Below are positions 33,023 through 43,175 of a stretch of 64,000 nt of DNA, in pieces. Position numbers and translations under genes: made by a program. This DNA comes from Leptolyngbyaceae cyanobacterium (GTDB taxonomy: Bacteria > Cyanobacteriota > Cyanobacteriia > Phormidesmidales > Phormidesmidaceae): NCBI GenBank assembly GCA_965263355.1, contig CBDHHL010000048.1, forward strand, positions 32,001 through 96,000, in the 5' to 3' direction. Every line of letters begins with the position of its first letter. Within the stretch, counting starts at the first letter, position 1. The notes below the pieces were generated by a model, which made no database searches, was not told the origin of the DNA, and saw nothing but the letters and a program-made list of their open reading frames with translations.

Positions 33023-33417
33023 GTTGATTACTAATTGTCTATGAGAAGGAGTCTAAATGATAGTCAGGCTATCCCTCTAAGCTTGCCAAAGCAGATAGAG
33101 TACATATATTTTGCCCTAAGTACAATTGCCACGGGGCACAGGCTTGAACATACCTTCAATTAATCCATCTTGAATTACTCCATTGATATCAGGCGATTGG
33201 ATCCCCTGAAGGCCCATAGAGTCTTTTGTTTTATTTTATGGAGAGTATATGTCTAAAAATGAGCCCTACCTTGCCATACTCAAGCATTAACCGACGACTG
33301 ACCCGCTCAGTATAAAAACGCCTACAGCAAAATTCCTCAGCTCCCCGTCAACAAACAATTGAGTATAGATTTCTTTCTTTGCTAGGCTAGCCTAATGATC
33401 TTGGGAAGGAGATATCA

Positions 33418-34581
33418 GTGAACATTCAACTTGGTCGTGGCAAAACAGCAAGGCGTGCCTATGGCATTGACGAAATTGCATTGGTACCCGGCCCGAAAAC
33501 CCTAGATCCTCAATTAGCTGACACCCATTGGACCCTCGGCAACATAGAACGGGAAATCCCCATTATTGCCAGCGCAATGGACAGTGTCCTTGACGTTCGT
33601 ATGGCGGTTGAACTTTCAAAATTAGGCGCTCTTGGCGTCTTAAACCTAGAAGGTATTCAAACGCGCTATGACGATCCAAGCCCAGTTTTAGACCGGATTG
33701 CATCGGTTGGCAAAGCAGAATTTGTACCGCTAATGCAGGAAATCTATGCTGAGCCTGTTCAACTAGATCTCATTAAGCAACGGATTGCAGATATTAAGAC
33801 CCAAGGAGGGATTGCTGCCGTTAGTCTCACCCCCATGGGGGCAGCCAAGTATGGCCAAACAGTAGCTGAAGCCCAAGCTGAGCTAGTTTTTATTCAAGCA
33901 ACGGTGGTCTCTACTAACCATCTCTCTCCAGAGTCTGTCGTTCCTCTGGATTTAGCAAAATTCTGCAATGCAATGCCCATGCCAGTCATTTTGGGCAACT
34001 GTGTCACCTATGACGTCACCCTGGACTTAATGAGAGCAGGGGCGTCCGGGGTATTAGTAGGAATTGGCCCTGGAGCTGCTTGCACATCACGGGGAGTATT
34101 AGGCGTAGGCGTTCCCCAAGCCACAGCAATTTCTGACTGTGCCGCTGCTCGAGATGACTATCAACGCGAAACAGGTCGCTATGTCCCAGTGATTGCAGAT
34201 GGTGGTTTGGTAACCGGTGGAGATATTTGCAAATCCATCGCCTCAGGTGCTGATGCAGTCATGATTGGGTCTCCCTTTGCCAGGGCATCTGAAGCGCCTG
34301 GAAGAGGTTTTCATTGGGGCATGGCAACTCCCAGCCCTGTGCTACCCCGAGGTACTCGTATTCAAGTAGGTACCACAGGGAGTCTCCAGCAGATTTTACG
34401 GGGACCAGCTCAGCTAGATGATGGCACCCACAATCTACTAGGAGCCTTAAAAACCAGTATGGGAACTCTCGGTGCAAAAGACTTAAAGGGAATGCAAGAC
34501 GTAGAGGTGGTTATTGCCCCTTCATTACTCACAGAAGGTAAGGTCTATCAAAAAGCTCAGCAATTAGGCATGGGCAAATAA
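33418..34581 (+). CDS. guaB: IMP dehydrogenase, GuaB3 family
   Basis: [21 protein letters not shown]; no CBS domain. Confidence 0.93.
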   Translation: MNIQLGRGKTARRAYGIDEIALVPGPKTLDPQLADTHWTLGNIEREIPIIASAMDSVLDVRMAVELSKLGALGVLNLEGIQTRYDDPSPVLDRIASVGKAEFVPLMQEIYAEPVQLDLIKQRIADIKTQGGIAAVSLTPMGAAKYGQTVAEAQAELVFIQATVVSTNHLSPESVVPLDLAKFCNAMPMPVILGNCVTYDVTLDLMRAGASGVLVGIGPGAACTSRGVLGVGVPQATAISDCAAARDDYQRETGRYVPVIADGGLVTGGDICKSIASGADAVMIGSPFARASEAPGRGFHWGMATPSPVLPRGTRIQVGTTGSLQQILRGPAQLDDGTHNLLGALKTSMGTLGAKDLKGMQDVEVVIAPSLLTEGKVYQKAQQLGMGK

Positions 34582-34777
34582 ACCAGAGTCAGCAGACTAG
34601 CATTCTCAACTGCACAACTTATTTGCTATCAGTCATTTAAGTTATCTGATTTTGTATCACCGCCTAACCGTGATCCTTATCACGACTTCTTATTTTTTAT
34701 TGCGGGCGCAATAAAACAAAACTTAAAATCCTTGTCACACCTTAGTTGTAAGGGATGGCAAAAGCTGAGACTTGACT

Positions 34778-34783
34778 TACAAT
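34778..34783 (+). promoter_or_regulatory. -10 element for Yfr1
   Basis: TACAAT about 10 nt before the Yfr1 5' hairpin. Confidence 0.6.
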
Positions 34784-34793
34784 GAGACAGAAA

Positions 34794-34862
34794 GCGGAGA
34801 CGGAAGTTTCCGTTCACTCCTCACACCACACTCCGCCTAAACCTATTTGGTTTAGGCGGTTC
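34794..34862 (+). ncRNA. yfr1: Yfr1 small RNA
   Basis: Invariant ACTCCTCACAC (34816-34826) between a 5' hairpin and a 3' CCGCCTAAACC..GGTTTAGGCGG hairpin; canonical guaB-trxA location. Confidence 0.92.
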
Positions 34863-35094
34863 CTATATAGGGGACATTTAAATATTCCTTTATAAGGGAT
34901 TTTAAACATTCCTTATATTTGAAGTTAGTTATGTAGCTACGATTCGAGTGGATCTTCAACCATAAGGTGTTTGCAGTCTATTGAATTGACCATAAAGGAG
35001 TATTCTTAAGGTTGATTTTGCCAATGCTGATATAAGTCACAGACCAAAATCAGCTATGGTAAGAATCTGATATTTGTCGACAAGGAATATAGGG

Positions 35095-35415
35095 ATGTCA
35101 GCCGCACAAGTCACAGATTCGACCTTCGAACAAGAAGTTCTCAAAAGCGAGCTACCGGTGCTTGTAGACTTCTGGGCCCCTTGGTGTGGTCCTTGCCGGA
35201 TGGTTGCCCCCGTGGTGGATGAGATTTCTGAACAGTACGATGGCAAGGTAAAGGTTGTTAAAGTCAATACGGATGACAATCCCAAAGTTGCTAGTCAGTA
35301 TGGAATCCGTAGTATTCCAACATTGATGATTTTCAAAGATGGCCAACGGGTGGATATGGTAGTTGGTGCTGTACCAAAAACGACCTTAGCCAACACACTT
35401 GAGAAGTATCTGTAG
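35095..35415 (+). CDS. trxA: Thioredoxin (m-type)
   Basis: WCGPC; start MSAAQVT. Confidence 0.97.
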   Translation: MSAAQVTDSTFEQEVLKSELPVLVDFWAPWCGPCRMVAPVVDEISEQYDGKVKVVKVNTDDNPKVASQYGIRSIPTLMIFKDGQRVDMVVGAVPKTTLANTLEKYL

Positions 35416-35449
35416 ATATTGAACGCCCCATAGGTTCAGTCTAATTGCT

Positions 35450-35480
35450 GATTTTGCCTTGCTAAGGTCAAGGCAAAATC
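35450..35480 (+). terminator. Hairpin downstream of trxA
   Basis: GATTTTGCCTTG-7nt-CAAGGCAAAATC. Confidence 0.6.
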
Positions 35481-35660
35481 AATAGTTTAGATAGTGTCAA
35501 TGCGCAAGTTTTGAACGGTTCCAGCGAATACTTGCTGGGGCCGTTAGTTTTTGTTAAAGCGATAAAAAACAAGCATCCTATTGGATGAAAGCATTGCTAT
35601 ACAATTGGATAGCTAGGCTCTCTGAGCCAACGGTTAAGAATCTTCACTAACGCGTGTTTT

Positions 35661-36725
35661 ATGGTCACCTCTACAACAAAATTACCAACTCACTTACAAG
35701 AGAAGATTTCTGAAATTGTTACGCAGTTGCCCTCTATGGAACATGGGGCAGTTATTCAACAGATTTTAGAAACCCTGGTAAGAATGATTGGGCGAGAGGC
35801 TGATCGCTTAGATTGGAAAATTTTAAACAATACATTGCAGGATATGGAACTGGGTTTCCAGGGCTTTTATCCTCACCGCCATACCCGTAAGATTGCTATC
35901 TTTGGTTCAGCTCGTACCCCAGCCGATCATCCAGATTACCAACTGGCAAAAACATTTGCCCAACGGGCTGCTAAACAGGGTTTTATGATTATGACAGGTG
36001 CCGGTCCAGGTATTATGGAAGCTGGTAACGAAGGCGCTGGTGTTGACCACTCCTTCGGTTTAAATATTCAGCTACCCTTTGAGCAGGGATCAAATCCAAT
36101 TATGGAAAACGATCCTAAATTGCTTACATTCAAGTACTTTTTTACACGCAAACTATTTTTTTTAAGAGAATGTGATGCTCTAGCGGTGTTTCCAGGAGGT
36201 TTTGGTACTCAGGATGAGGCATTTGAATCGTTAACGCTAGTGCAAACAGGTAAGGCTGAACCGATGCCCATTGTGCTAATTGATCATCCTGGTGGCAACT
36301 ATTGGCAGGGATGGGATGCTTACATTCGAGAGCATCTTATGGCAAATCGCTTGATTAGCCCTGATGACCCTAGCCTTTATGTCATCACCGATAATATAGA
36401 CGATGCCTGGAACGAAATTACTAATTACTATCGGGTATTTCATTCCAGTCGATATGTGGATGAGCGATTAGTTTTACGACTTAATTCATGCTTGAGCTAT
36501 GGAGCTTTAGAGGAATTGAATCTAACCTTTAGCGATATTGTAGCCGCTGGAAAAATTGAGATGACAGATGCTCTGCCAGAAGAACAGGGTGATGAAACTG
36601 CCAATCTTCCTCGCATAGTGTTTCAGTTTAACCACCGTGATTTTGGCCGTCTACAACAACTCATTCGTAAACTAAATACCCTGGGCGAACCCTGCGAGGC
36701 AACTGAGCACCCAGAGCATAAGTAA
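35661..36725 (+). CDS. LOG family (Rossmann-fold nucleotide-binding) protein
   Basis: IFGSAR, TGAGPGIMEA, PGGFGTQDE. Confidence 0.9.
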   Translation: MVTSTTKLPTHLQEKISEIVTQLPSMEHGAVIQQILETLVRMIGREADRLDWKILNNTLQDMELGFQGFYPHRHTRKIAIFGSARTPADHPDYQLAKTFAQRAAKQGFMIMTGAGPGIMEAGNEGAGVDHSFGLNIQLPFEQGSNPIMENDPKLLTFKYFFTRKLFFLRECDALAVFPGGFGTQDEAFESLTLVQTGKAEPMPIVLIDHPGGNYWQGWDAYIREHLMANRLISPDDPSLYVITDNIDDAWNEITNYYRVFHSSRYVDERLVLRLNSCLSYGALEELNLTFSDIVAAGKIEMTDALPEEQGDETANLPRIVFQFNHRDFGRLQQLIRKLNTLGEPCEATEHPEHK

Positions 36726-36767
36726 CGGAACAGTTTCTGACATAGGGTTAAAGCATTTTTCAGACGC

Positions 36768-38330
36768 TTAAAATTCACGTTGGATGTGGGTAAGAATGCC
36801 GCGTGCGATCGCATTTGCCATCTGACTACGCCACTCCGGATCCCGCAAGTTATGAATATCGTCTGCCCCCGTGACAAACCCAACCTCAACCAAGATAGCA
36901 GGCATAGACGTGCGTCTTAGTACATAAAATCGAGCCTGCCGCACACGCCGATCGGGCATCCTCATCATCCGGAGAACAATATCATGCACCGTGCGGGCAA
37001 ATCGAGCCCCAGCACTGGAATAATAATAGGTTTCTAAGCCATTGACATCAGGCCGACTCAGGTTGATCGCATTGGCATGAATACTAACAAAGAGATCAGC
37101 ATCAGCTCGCTCAGCAATCTGCACACGCGGATCAAGATCTAGCTCAATATCGCTATTACGCGTCATAACTACATCCACTCCCTGTTCCCGCAGAATAGCT
37201 GCAACCTCTTGAGCAATGGGAAAAATCACCTGCTTTTCTTGGAGCCCACCAATCCCTACAGCACCGGGATCACGCCCCCCATGACCAGGGTCAATCGCCA
37301 CCACTATACGTCCCTGACGCACTTGAGGCAGCTCAATGGGAAATGACTCCTCAGATGGACGGACAATCGTCGGTCTCTCAGGTAAGGTTCTATCACCTGA
37401 AGGACGGCTACCAATAGTTTCAGAGGGGACTGGAATACTATTACTAGACCCACTATCGGGAATATCACGAATCGCCATCCCATCGGGAAGTACGGAAATT
37501 CCCCGCAGACTCTGACCAATTTCAGTCACAATCGTTCGCCAGTCGGGACTATCGTCTCCCAAGGTCATGGTGATAAACACCGTTGAATCACGTTGAGATA
37601 TATCCCAGTTTTCAACGCTGTAGCGATTGTCTGGTAAAGAAGTGGACGTTAATCTGGGTGAAATGGAACTTTCTGGCAGTTCTAAAGTAATTGTTCGTTC
37701 TGGATTACGACGACGAGGACGAGAGCGACTGGTACGAACCTTTGGCGTAGATCCGGATACTCGAATAAAAAAGCCATCAGAGGTTGCCACAATACTCTGA
37801 ACCCGAGTACTCTGCTCCTGACTCTCTTCACCAGGATCAATATCAGTTGTTACCTGATTAGCGACTTGATTCAAAGGTTGAACGACCCGCTGTTCAACCT
37901 CTGTTGATTGACTCGACTGCTCTCCATCTGACGTCACTAGCTCAGGCAACTGCACAAACCACCGACGACTTGTTTCACCTCGTACCTGGACTTGCTGTGG
38001 ATCTAACGTATAGCCAGGCGTCAATTCAATCACAATACGAGCTGTTTGGTCATCAAGCTGACCAACACGAACTTCCTGCAAACCTTCCCTAAGTCGCTGT
38101 CGAGAAGTCGCATTAGTCACCTGGGTACCAGGCAAGTCGATCACTAAACGGGTGGGATTGAAAATCAACTGAGCAGTCGGACGGACCTGAGTATCGGTAG
38201 TAAACGTCAGGCGATTTTGCTGTTGATCAAAGCGCCAGAACTGAAGATTAGCGGCCTCAGCTGGCAAGGCAATCAAAAAAGCCCCTAAAACGCCAACCAC
38301 ACCGGGTATAAAACCGGACATTTCGCGCAT
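36768..38330 (-). CDS. amiC: N-acetylmuramoyl-L-alanine amidase with AMIN domain
   Basis: Signal peptide, PTRLVIDLP (AMIN), IDPGHGG, FVSIHAN, ILVEVGF; start 38330 or 38405. Confidence 0.92.
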   Translation of the reverse strand: MREMSGFIPGVVGVLGAFLIALPAEAANLQFWRFDQQQNRLTFTTDTQVRPTAQLIFNPTRLVIDLPGTQVTNATSRQRLREGLQEVRVGQLDDQTARIVIELTPGYTLDPQQVQVRGETSRRWFVQLPELVTSDGEQSSQSTEVEQRVVQPLNQVANQVTTDIDPGEESQEQSTRVQSIVATSDGFFIRVSGSTPKVRTSRSRPRRRNPERTITLELPESSISPRLTSTSLPDNRYSVENWDISQRDSTVFITMTLGDDSPDWRTIVTEIGQSLRGISVLPDGMAIRDIPDSGSSNSIPVPSETIGSRPSGDRTLPERPTIVRPSEESFPIELPQVRQGRIVVAIDPGHGGRDPGAVGIGGLQEKQVIFPIAQEVAAILREQGVDVVMTRNSDIELDLDPRVQIAERADADLFVSIHANAINLSRPDVNGLETYYYSSAGARFARTVHDIVLRMMRMPDRRVRQARFYVLRRTSMPAILVEVGFVTGADDIHNLRDPEWRSQMANAIARGILTHIQREF

Positions 38331-38628
38331 GACTACTTGACTAGCAAGTAAAGGATTCCAGTGCACAGCTTCAGTTCCTTTTAACAGTGATGATCCTAAG
38401 TCCATTGATTACATCTATCAGGCTAATTAGGGCAATGAATATTCCTAAAAGCCTTCAATTACGATAACTAACCTAACTCTCAATCGACGTTGGCGCAGTC
38501 CCTCCTTTGGAGATATGCATCCATTGATTGCTATGTTGGCTAGGTGAATCCAGGATCAATGCCGCAAAACAAGATTAACCGCATTTGTGCAATGTTTGAG
38601 ATCTTGAACGTCAAAATTGTACGGTTTA

Positions 38629-38798
38629 GAGCCTGTCCCTATCTTTGATTCACCTAACTTTTACAGTTTCAGAACAGATCACCAAGCCCTACTCATTGCA
38701 AACAACAAAGCTGAGTTCGCCGTTAGAATACCCGCATCAAAATGAATTCATACAAGAGCGAAATTTCAATACAGATGGCTTCATACTAGGACAGCCTC
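38629..38798. mobile_element. Possible MITE-like element
   Basis: GAGCCTGTCC ... GGACAGCCTC (9/10 inverted); right end overlaps the pepP stop. Confidence 0.35.
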
Positions 38799-40125
38799 AG
38801 TGACATCGTGATTCCATCGCATCTAAGCTTTTGGGGACAGCTGCTGTAAGAACCTCATGGTCGATCTGGGTGACCAACACATCATCTTCGATCCGGATAC
38901 CAATTCCGCGCCAGCGTTGCTCTACTTCGGGCTGTCCTTCCTCTGGCTCATAGTTTGGAGCGATATAAATACCAGGCTCGACCGTCACCACATTTCCGGT
39001 TGTAAACGGTTGCCAGGTTTTATCAGGGTTGCGTAAGGTACCACTGTCATGGACATCCAAGCCCAAAAAGTGACCGGTACCATGCATAAAGAAAGCCTTG
39101 TGCTTTTTTTCTTCGATTAACGTGTCCACATTGCCCTTGAGTAATCCCAACTCGACTAGCCCCTCGGTAATAACGCGAGTAGCGGCATCATGAAAGTCAT
39201 TAAATGGCCGTCCAGGTTGAACGACATCAATAGCCCGTAACTGAGCTTCTAAGACTAATTCATAAATAATTCGCTGTTCGGAGGTAAAGCGTTCGCCCAC
39301 GGGGAATGTGCGAGTAATGTCGGCATTGTAATAGTCATAGGCACAACCTGCGTCGATTAAGAGAAGATCGTCTGCTTGCATCTGGCGATCATTTTCGATG
39401 TAATGCAAAATGCATGCGTTAGCACCAGAAGCAACAATCGAAGGATAAGCGGGACCTAGGGCTCCCTCCAGACGAAAAATATGTTCCATTTCTGCCTGGA
39501 TTTCATACTCATAACGACCAGGCTGGGTGATGACCATAGCATGGTTATGGGCCTTGGCAGATATGGCAATGGCTTTACGCATTTGCTGCAATTCGCTAGC
39601 ACTTTTGATCCGGCGAAACTGCTGCATCAATAACCGCCCATCTTCAATGGCGACTGGACCTCGACCACGCTTTGGGTATTTAGCTAAAATGCGTCGCCAC
39701 AGGGTTAATATGCATTGATCTAACGAACTATTGTCACCAAAGTGATAGTAAAGTCGCTCGGCATTTTCAACATATTGAGGTAGTTTCTCAGTGAGTTTTT
39801 CGATGGGGTAAGCTTCCTGGGCACCGTACTTCTCTTTGGCTAACTCCACCCCCGTACGATAACCAGACCAGGTTTCTTTTTCCTTATCTTTGGGACGCAC
39901 AAAGAGCACAAACTGATGGTCTTCGTGGTGAGGCGCTAGGACTGCGATCGCATCCGGCTCATTAAACCCCGTCAAATAGAAAAAATCACTATTTTGGCGA
40001 AATGGGTACTCCACGTCGTTATGCATGACCGCCGTAGGAGCACTGCCAAAAATAGCAGTACCTTGACCAATAGCAGCCATCACCACCTGCCGACGCTGTT
40101 TATATTCCTGAGGATGTATTGCCAT
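38797..40125 (-). CDS. pepP: Xaa-Pro aminopeptidase
   Basis: FRQNSDFFYLTG, DAG..ADITRT, HGTGHFLGLDVHD, TVEPG, IRIEDD; start MAIHPQ. Confidence 0.95.
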   Translation of the reverse strand: MAIHPQEYKQRRQVVMAAIGQGTAIFGSAPTAVMHNDVEYPFRQNSDFFYLTGFNEPDAIAVLAPHHEDHQFVLFVRPKDKEKETWSGYRTGVELAKEKYGAQEAYPIEKLTEKLPQYVENAERLYYHFGDNSSLDQCILTLWRRILAKYPKRGRGPVAIEDGRLLMQQFRRIKSASELQQMRKAIAISAKAHNHAMVITQPGRYEYEIQAEMEHIFRLEGALGPAYPSIVASGANACILHYIENDRQMQADDLLLIDAGCAYDYYNADITRTFPVGERFTSEQRIIYELVLEAQLRAIDVVQPGRPFNDFHDAATRVITEGLVELGLLKGNVDTLIEEKKHKAFFMHGTGHFLGLDVHDSGTLRNPDKTWQPFTTGNVVTVEPGIYIAPNYEPEEGQPEVEQRWRGIGIRIEDDVLVTQIDHEVLTAAVPKSLDAMESRCH

Positions 40126-40141
40126 GTAACCTGTTGCACCG

Positions 40142-40900
40142 TTAGGAGAGAACCTTAATCCGCATCCCACTTGATGGCAGACTACTACTTTGGAGCGATA
40201 GCGTACTGCCCACTCGATCAACCGGAGTTTCAGCCATCAGATTGAGAAATTCATCAACAGACTCTAACTCACAACTACTGCTAGCAGCACTCGTCCGATA
40301 TTGAGTTGGGATCACCACTTTTGGCTGCAAACTCTGAACAGCTGCCACGGCTTCAGTAGGATTGTAAGCCTTGGCCCCACCCCCAACGGGAACTAACAAG
40401 ACATCGGGACGGCCAATCAAAATCTTATCCTCTAAATCAATGGGAGCAGCTGCCCCACCGAGATGTACTACTTTAACTCCAGCCTGAGACCATAACCAAG
40501 CCGTATTAGTGCCAAACCGTCTACCTCCCTCGCGATCATGGGGCATACCTACACCCTGAACACTCAGGCCATTGATTTCATAGGCTCCTGGTTCATCTAG
40601 ATAGTTAACCGTCGCATCGTCAGGAATAAATCCTTCATCAAAGAGTCGACTACTGACTAAAACTAAATCTGAACCACTCAAGGCCGGAGCTGCATATCCT
40701 TCAGTACAACCGATGGGAGTAAACGGATTAGTCAAAATCGTCTTCCCCCCCCCAGAAAACTGGAAGCACATATGTCCCAATGCTGTGATACTTAAAGTCC
40801 CTGTTTGAGCTTGATATGTTTGCCAGTTAGAAGCAATCCCCAAGCCAAGGGTACCGATGAATGCTGCACCGGCATTCTGGAGCAATTGCCGCCGTTTCAT
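40142..40900 (-). CDS. Tat-exported MBL-fold protein with degenerate metal site
   Basis: MKRRQLL signal; LGHMCF, PHDREGGRRFG, HLG, LVPVGG. Confidence 0.85.
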   Translation of the reverse strand: MKRRQLLQNAGAAFIGTLGLGIASNWQTYQAQTGTLSITALGHMCFQFSGGGKTILTNPFTPIGCTEGYAAPALSGSDLVLVSSRLFDEGFIPDDATVNYLDEPGAYEINGLSVQGVGMPHDREGGRRFGTNTAWLWSQAGVKVVHLGGAAAPIDLEDKILIGRPDVLLVPVGGGAKAYNPTEAVAAVQSLQPKVVIPTQYRTSAASSSCELESVDEFLNLMAETPVDRVGSTLSLQSSSLPSSGMRIKVLS

Positions 40901-41042
40901 AGTGTCCTCACATCCCATTCAATCAAGTGTCCATGACTTGTTATAGTGCCATAGCCTTGGAAGACTCGCTAAGTAAGACAGACAGTTTTCTAAGGTCTGT
41001 CTTAGTCCAAATTTTTATTTCTCCCCAAGCTGTGGTAAATAC

Positions 41043-41636
41043 CTACCTGGAAATAGAACTTAAAAAATTATGCAATAGTTGCTTACCCGCCTCGGTCAAT
41101 ACACTTTCAGGATGAAACTGTACCCCTTGAATATGGGGGTATTGACGATGGCGTAAGCCCATAATTGTACCGTCATCCACCCAAGCAGTAATTTCTAAGC
41201 AATCAGGACAGCTGGCTCGGTCTACCACCAGACTATGGTAACGAGTTGCCGTCAGCGGACTATCAAGGCCGACAAAAACCCCCTGGTTTGTATGGCTAAC
41301 TGGGGATGTTTTACCATGCATCAGCTCACTAGCGGCTATAACAGTACCACCGAAAACCTGGCCGATGCTTTGATGTCCCAGACATACACCCAGGATTGGA
41401 ATAGTTGGCCCTAGCTCTCGGATGATGTCTAGGGAAATACCGGCATCGTTTGGGGTGCCAGGCCCCGGAGAGATCAAGATGCCATCGGGGGCAAGGGAAC
41501 AAACTTGTTCTAGAGTAATCTGATCGTTGCGAAAGACCTGAATATCAGCTGCGACAGGCAGTGTTTGCCCCAGCTCTCCCAAATATTGCACCAGGTTGTA
41601 AGTAAAACTATCGTAATTATCAATGACTAAAATCAT
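41043..41636 (-). CDS. trpG: Anthranilate/aminodeoxychorismate synthase component II
   Basis: [28 protein letters not shown]. Confidence 0.93.
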   Translation of the reverse strand: MILVIDNYDSFTYNLVQYLGELGQTLPVAADIQVFRNDQITLEQVCSLAPDGILISPGPGTPNDAGISLDIIRELGPTIPILGVCLGHQSIGQVFGGTVIAASELMHGKTSPVSHTNQGVFVGLDSPLTATRYHSLVVDRASCPDCLEITAWVDDGTIMGLRHRQYPHIQGVQFHPESVLTEAGKQLLHNFLSSISR

Positions 41637-41664
41637 TGCTTAACTAAAGCTCAGTTAGCCCAGC

Positions 41665-42108
41665 TTAAGCGATCCCGTTGTTTAACAGCACAATTACTGG
41701 CGGCAAATACACAAATCCTGCCACCAGTAGCGCTGCGATCGCAGAGATCAGCACAGCCCCAGCAGCGCAATCTTTGGCAATCTTTGCTAATTCATGATAT
41801 GTCTGGCCAACCGTAAGATCGACCACAGATTCTAGGGCCGTATTCATAAGCTCCATCACCAACACAGCACTGACGGTGATAGCAACGACAGCAGCTTCAA
41901 TCGCTTTAATCTGAAGCACCACCCCCAAAGAGAACGCCACCAGAGCAATCGCTAAATGAATACGAAAGTTACGTTGGGTTCTGATGGCATAAATAATGCC
42001 TGCCCATGCATAGCGAAAACTGCTAAACAAATTAGGAGCAACCTGCCAAGCAGTTTTGCTTTCCTTTTTGCTCTTGGGAATGGTTTGAAGGTTAGAAGAA
42101 ATAGACAT
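41665..42108 (-). CDS. dgkA: Diacylglycerol kinase (DgkA family)
   Basis: SFRYAWAG, ELMNTALESVVD, AKIAKDCAAGAV. Confidence 0.92.
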   Translation of the reverse strand: MSISSNLQTIPKSKKESKTAWQVAPNLFSSFRYAWAGIIYAIRTQRNFRIHLAIALVAFSLGVVLQIKAIEAAVVAITVSAVLVMELMNTALESVVDLTVGQTYHELAKIAKDCAAGAVLISAIAALLVAGFVYLPPVIVLLNNGIA

Positions 42109-42375
42109 GCACTAACTTAGAGATGATGTATAGCAAAGTAGCTCGCACAAACGTACAAAACTAGTTAATTCAGCTGGCAGCACCCCAAACAGCATGCTGA
42201 GATCGCCCCAGAGTCCATTAAGAAACTCCATAATTACTTCAGGCCTAGTTAATCGAAGCCTGAAACCACTCAATAGGTTCCCAAAATCATTATTATTCTG
42301 TAAACCATATTAACCTTCGTCAAAGTTTGTAATCGTATATTACCTACCTAGATTTAGGATTTAACATCCAGCTTG

Positions 42376-42891
42376 CTAAACAATTAATTCGATCTGTTTC
42401 AACAGACAACGCTGCTTTTCTAGCATGATTTTCAGGCTTTCATCATTAGGATGCTCCCATCCTAAGAGATGTAAGAGGCCATGGGCTGCTAGCCATGCCA
42501 ATTCTTGAAGCAGAGAATAATTATCATCGTGGCGCTGTCGCTGAGCAGTTTCTACAGAAATAATCACATCTCCCAAAGGCAGAGGGGACATTCGATAGAT
42601 AACCTGAGCACCAGGTATTTCGGTTTCTTGTGCAGCAAACGCCAGAACATCGGTGACTTTATCCTGATGACGATAAGTCGCGTTTAACTGCTGGATAGTA
42701 GCATCATCAGTGAGCACAAGACTGACTTCATAGCAACCAATGGGCGATACTGTTGGATTGATTACCCTGAGCCAGATATCAAACCAAGACTGCCAAGTAG
42801 ATATCGTGGGCAGTTCAGATTGCTGAACAATCCCTTGAGCTGCCGTAGCATCTAACCAGAGTTCTAACTTAGGACTTGATAGGTAAGTCAA
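42376..42891 (-). CDS. ybeY: rRNA maturation endoribonuclease YbeY
   Basis: LNATYR..DKVTDVLAF; HGLLHLLGWEH; TTG start. Confidence 0.94.
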   Translation of the reverse strand: MTYLSSPKLELWLDATAAQGIVQQSELPTISTWQSWFDIWLRVINPTVSPIGCYEVSLVLTDDATIQQLNATYRHQDKVTDVLAFAAQETEIPGAQVIYRMSPLPLGDVIISVETAQRQRHDDNYSLLQELAWLAAHGLLHLLGWEHPNDESLKIMLEKQRCLLKQIELIV

Positions 42892-42896
42892 TCAGG

Positions 42897-43073
42897 TCAC
42901 CGTGTCAGATAAGCCAAACCAATCAGAAATCCGAGTAACCCCGTAGCAGTTAGAAAAAAGTGGAATAAGGATTTCCCACCCTTCTTGACCATGTTACGCA
43001 TGGCTAACTTGATATAGCTAGGTGCAGGTTCCTGAGATTGAGCGTCGATGGAGGGAGGAGGAGAATGGGACAT
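42897..43073 (-). CDS. DUF3285 small membrane protein (58 aa)
   Basis: Below the ORF-track cutoff; manual translation MSHSPPPSIDAQSQEPAPSYIKLAMRNMVKKGGKSLFHFFLTATGLLGFLIGLAYLTR. Confidence 0.88.
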   Translation of the reverse strand: MSHSPPPSIDAQSQEPAPSYIKLAMRNMVKKGGKSLFHFFLTATGLLGFLIGLAYLTR

Positions 43074-43175
43074 GGTACTTATTAAAAATAGGTTTAAGAC
43101 TCAAAAAAACACCCTTGAAACTTTATTCATGTGTTTTATTAAGTAATGTATCAGCTCTGCTGGGCATCGGGCGGA

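Noticed and set aside
33249..33290. 13-codon ORF (MSKNEPYLAILKH) with GGAG upstream of guaB
   Set aside because: Too short, with no recognisable leader-peptide or attenuator features.
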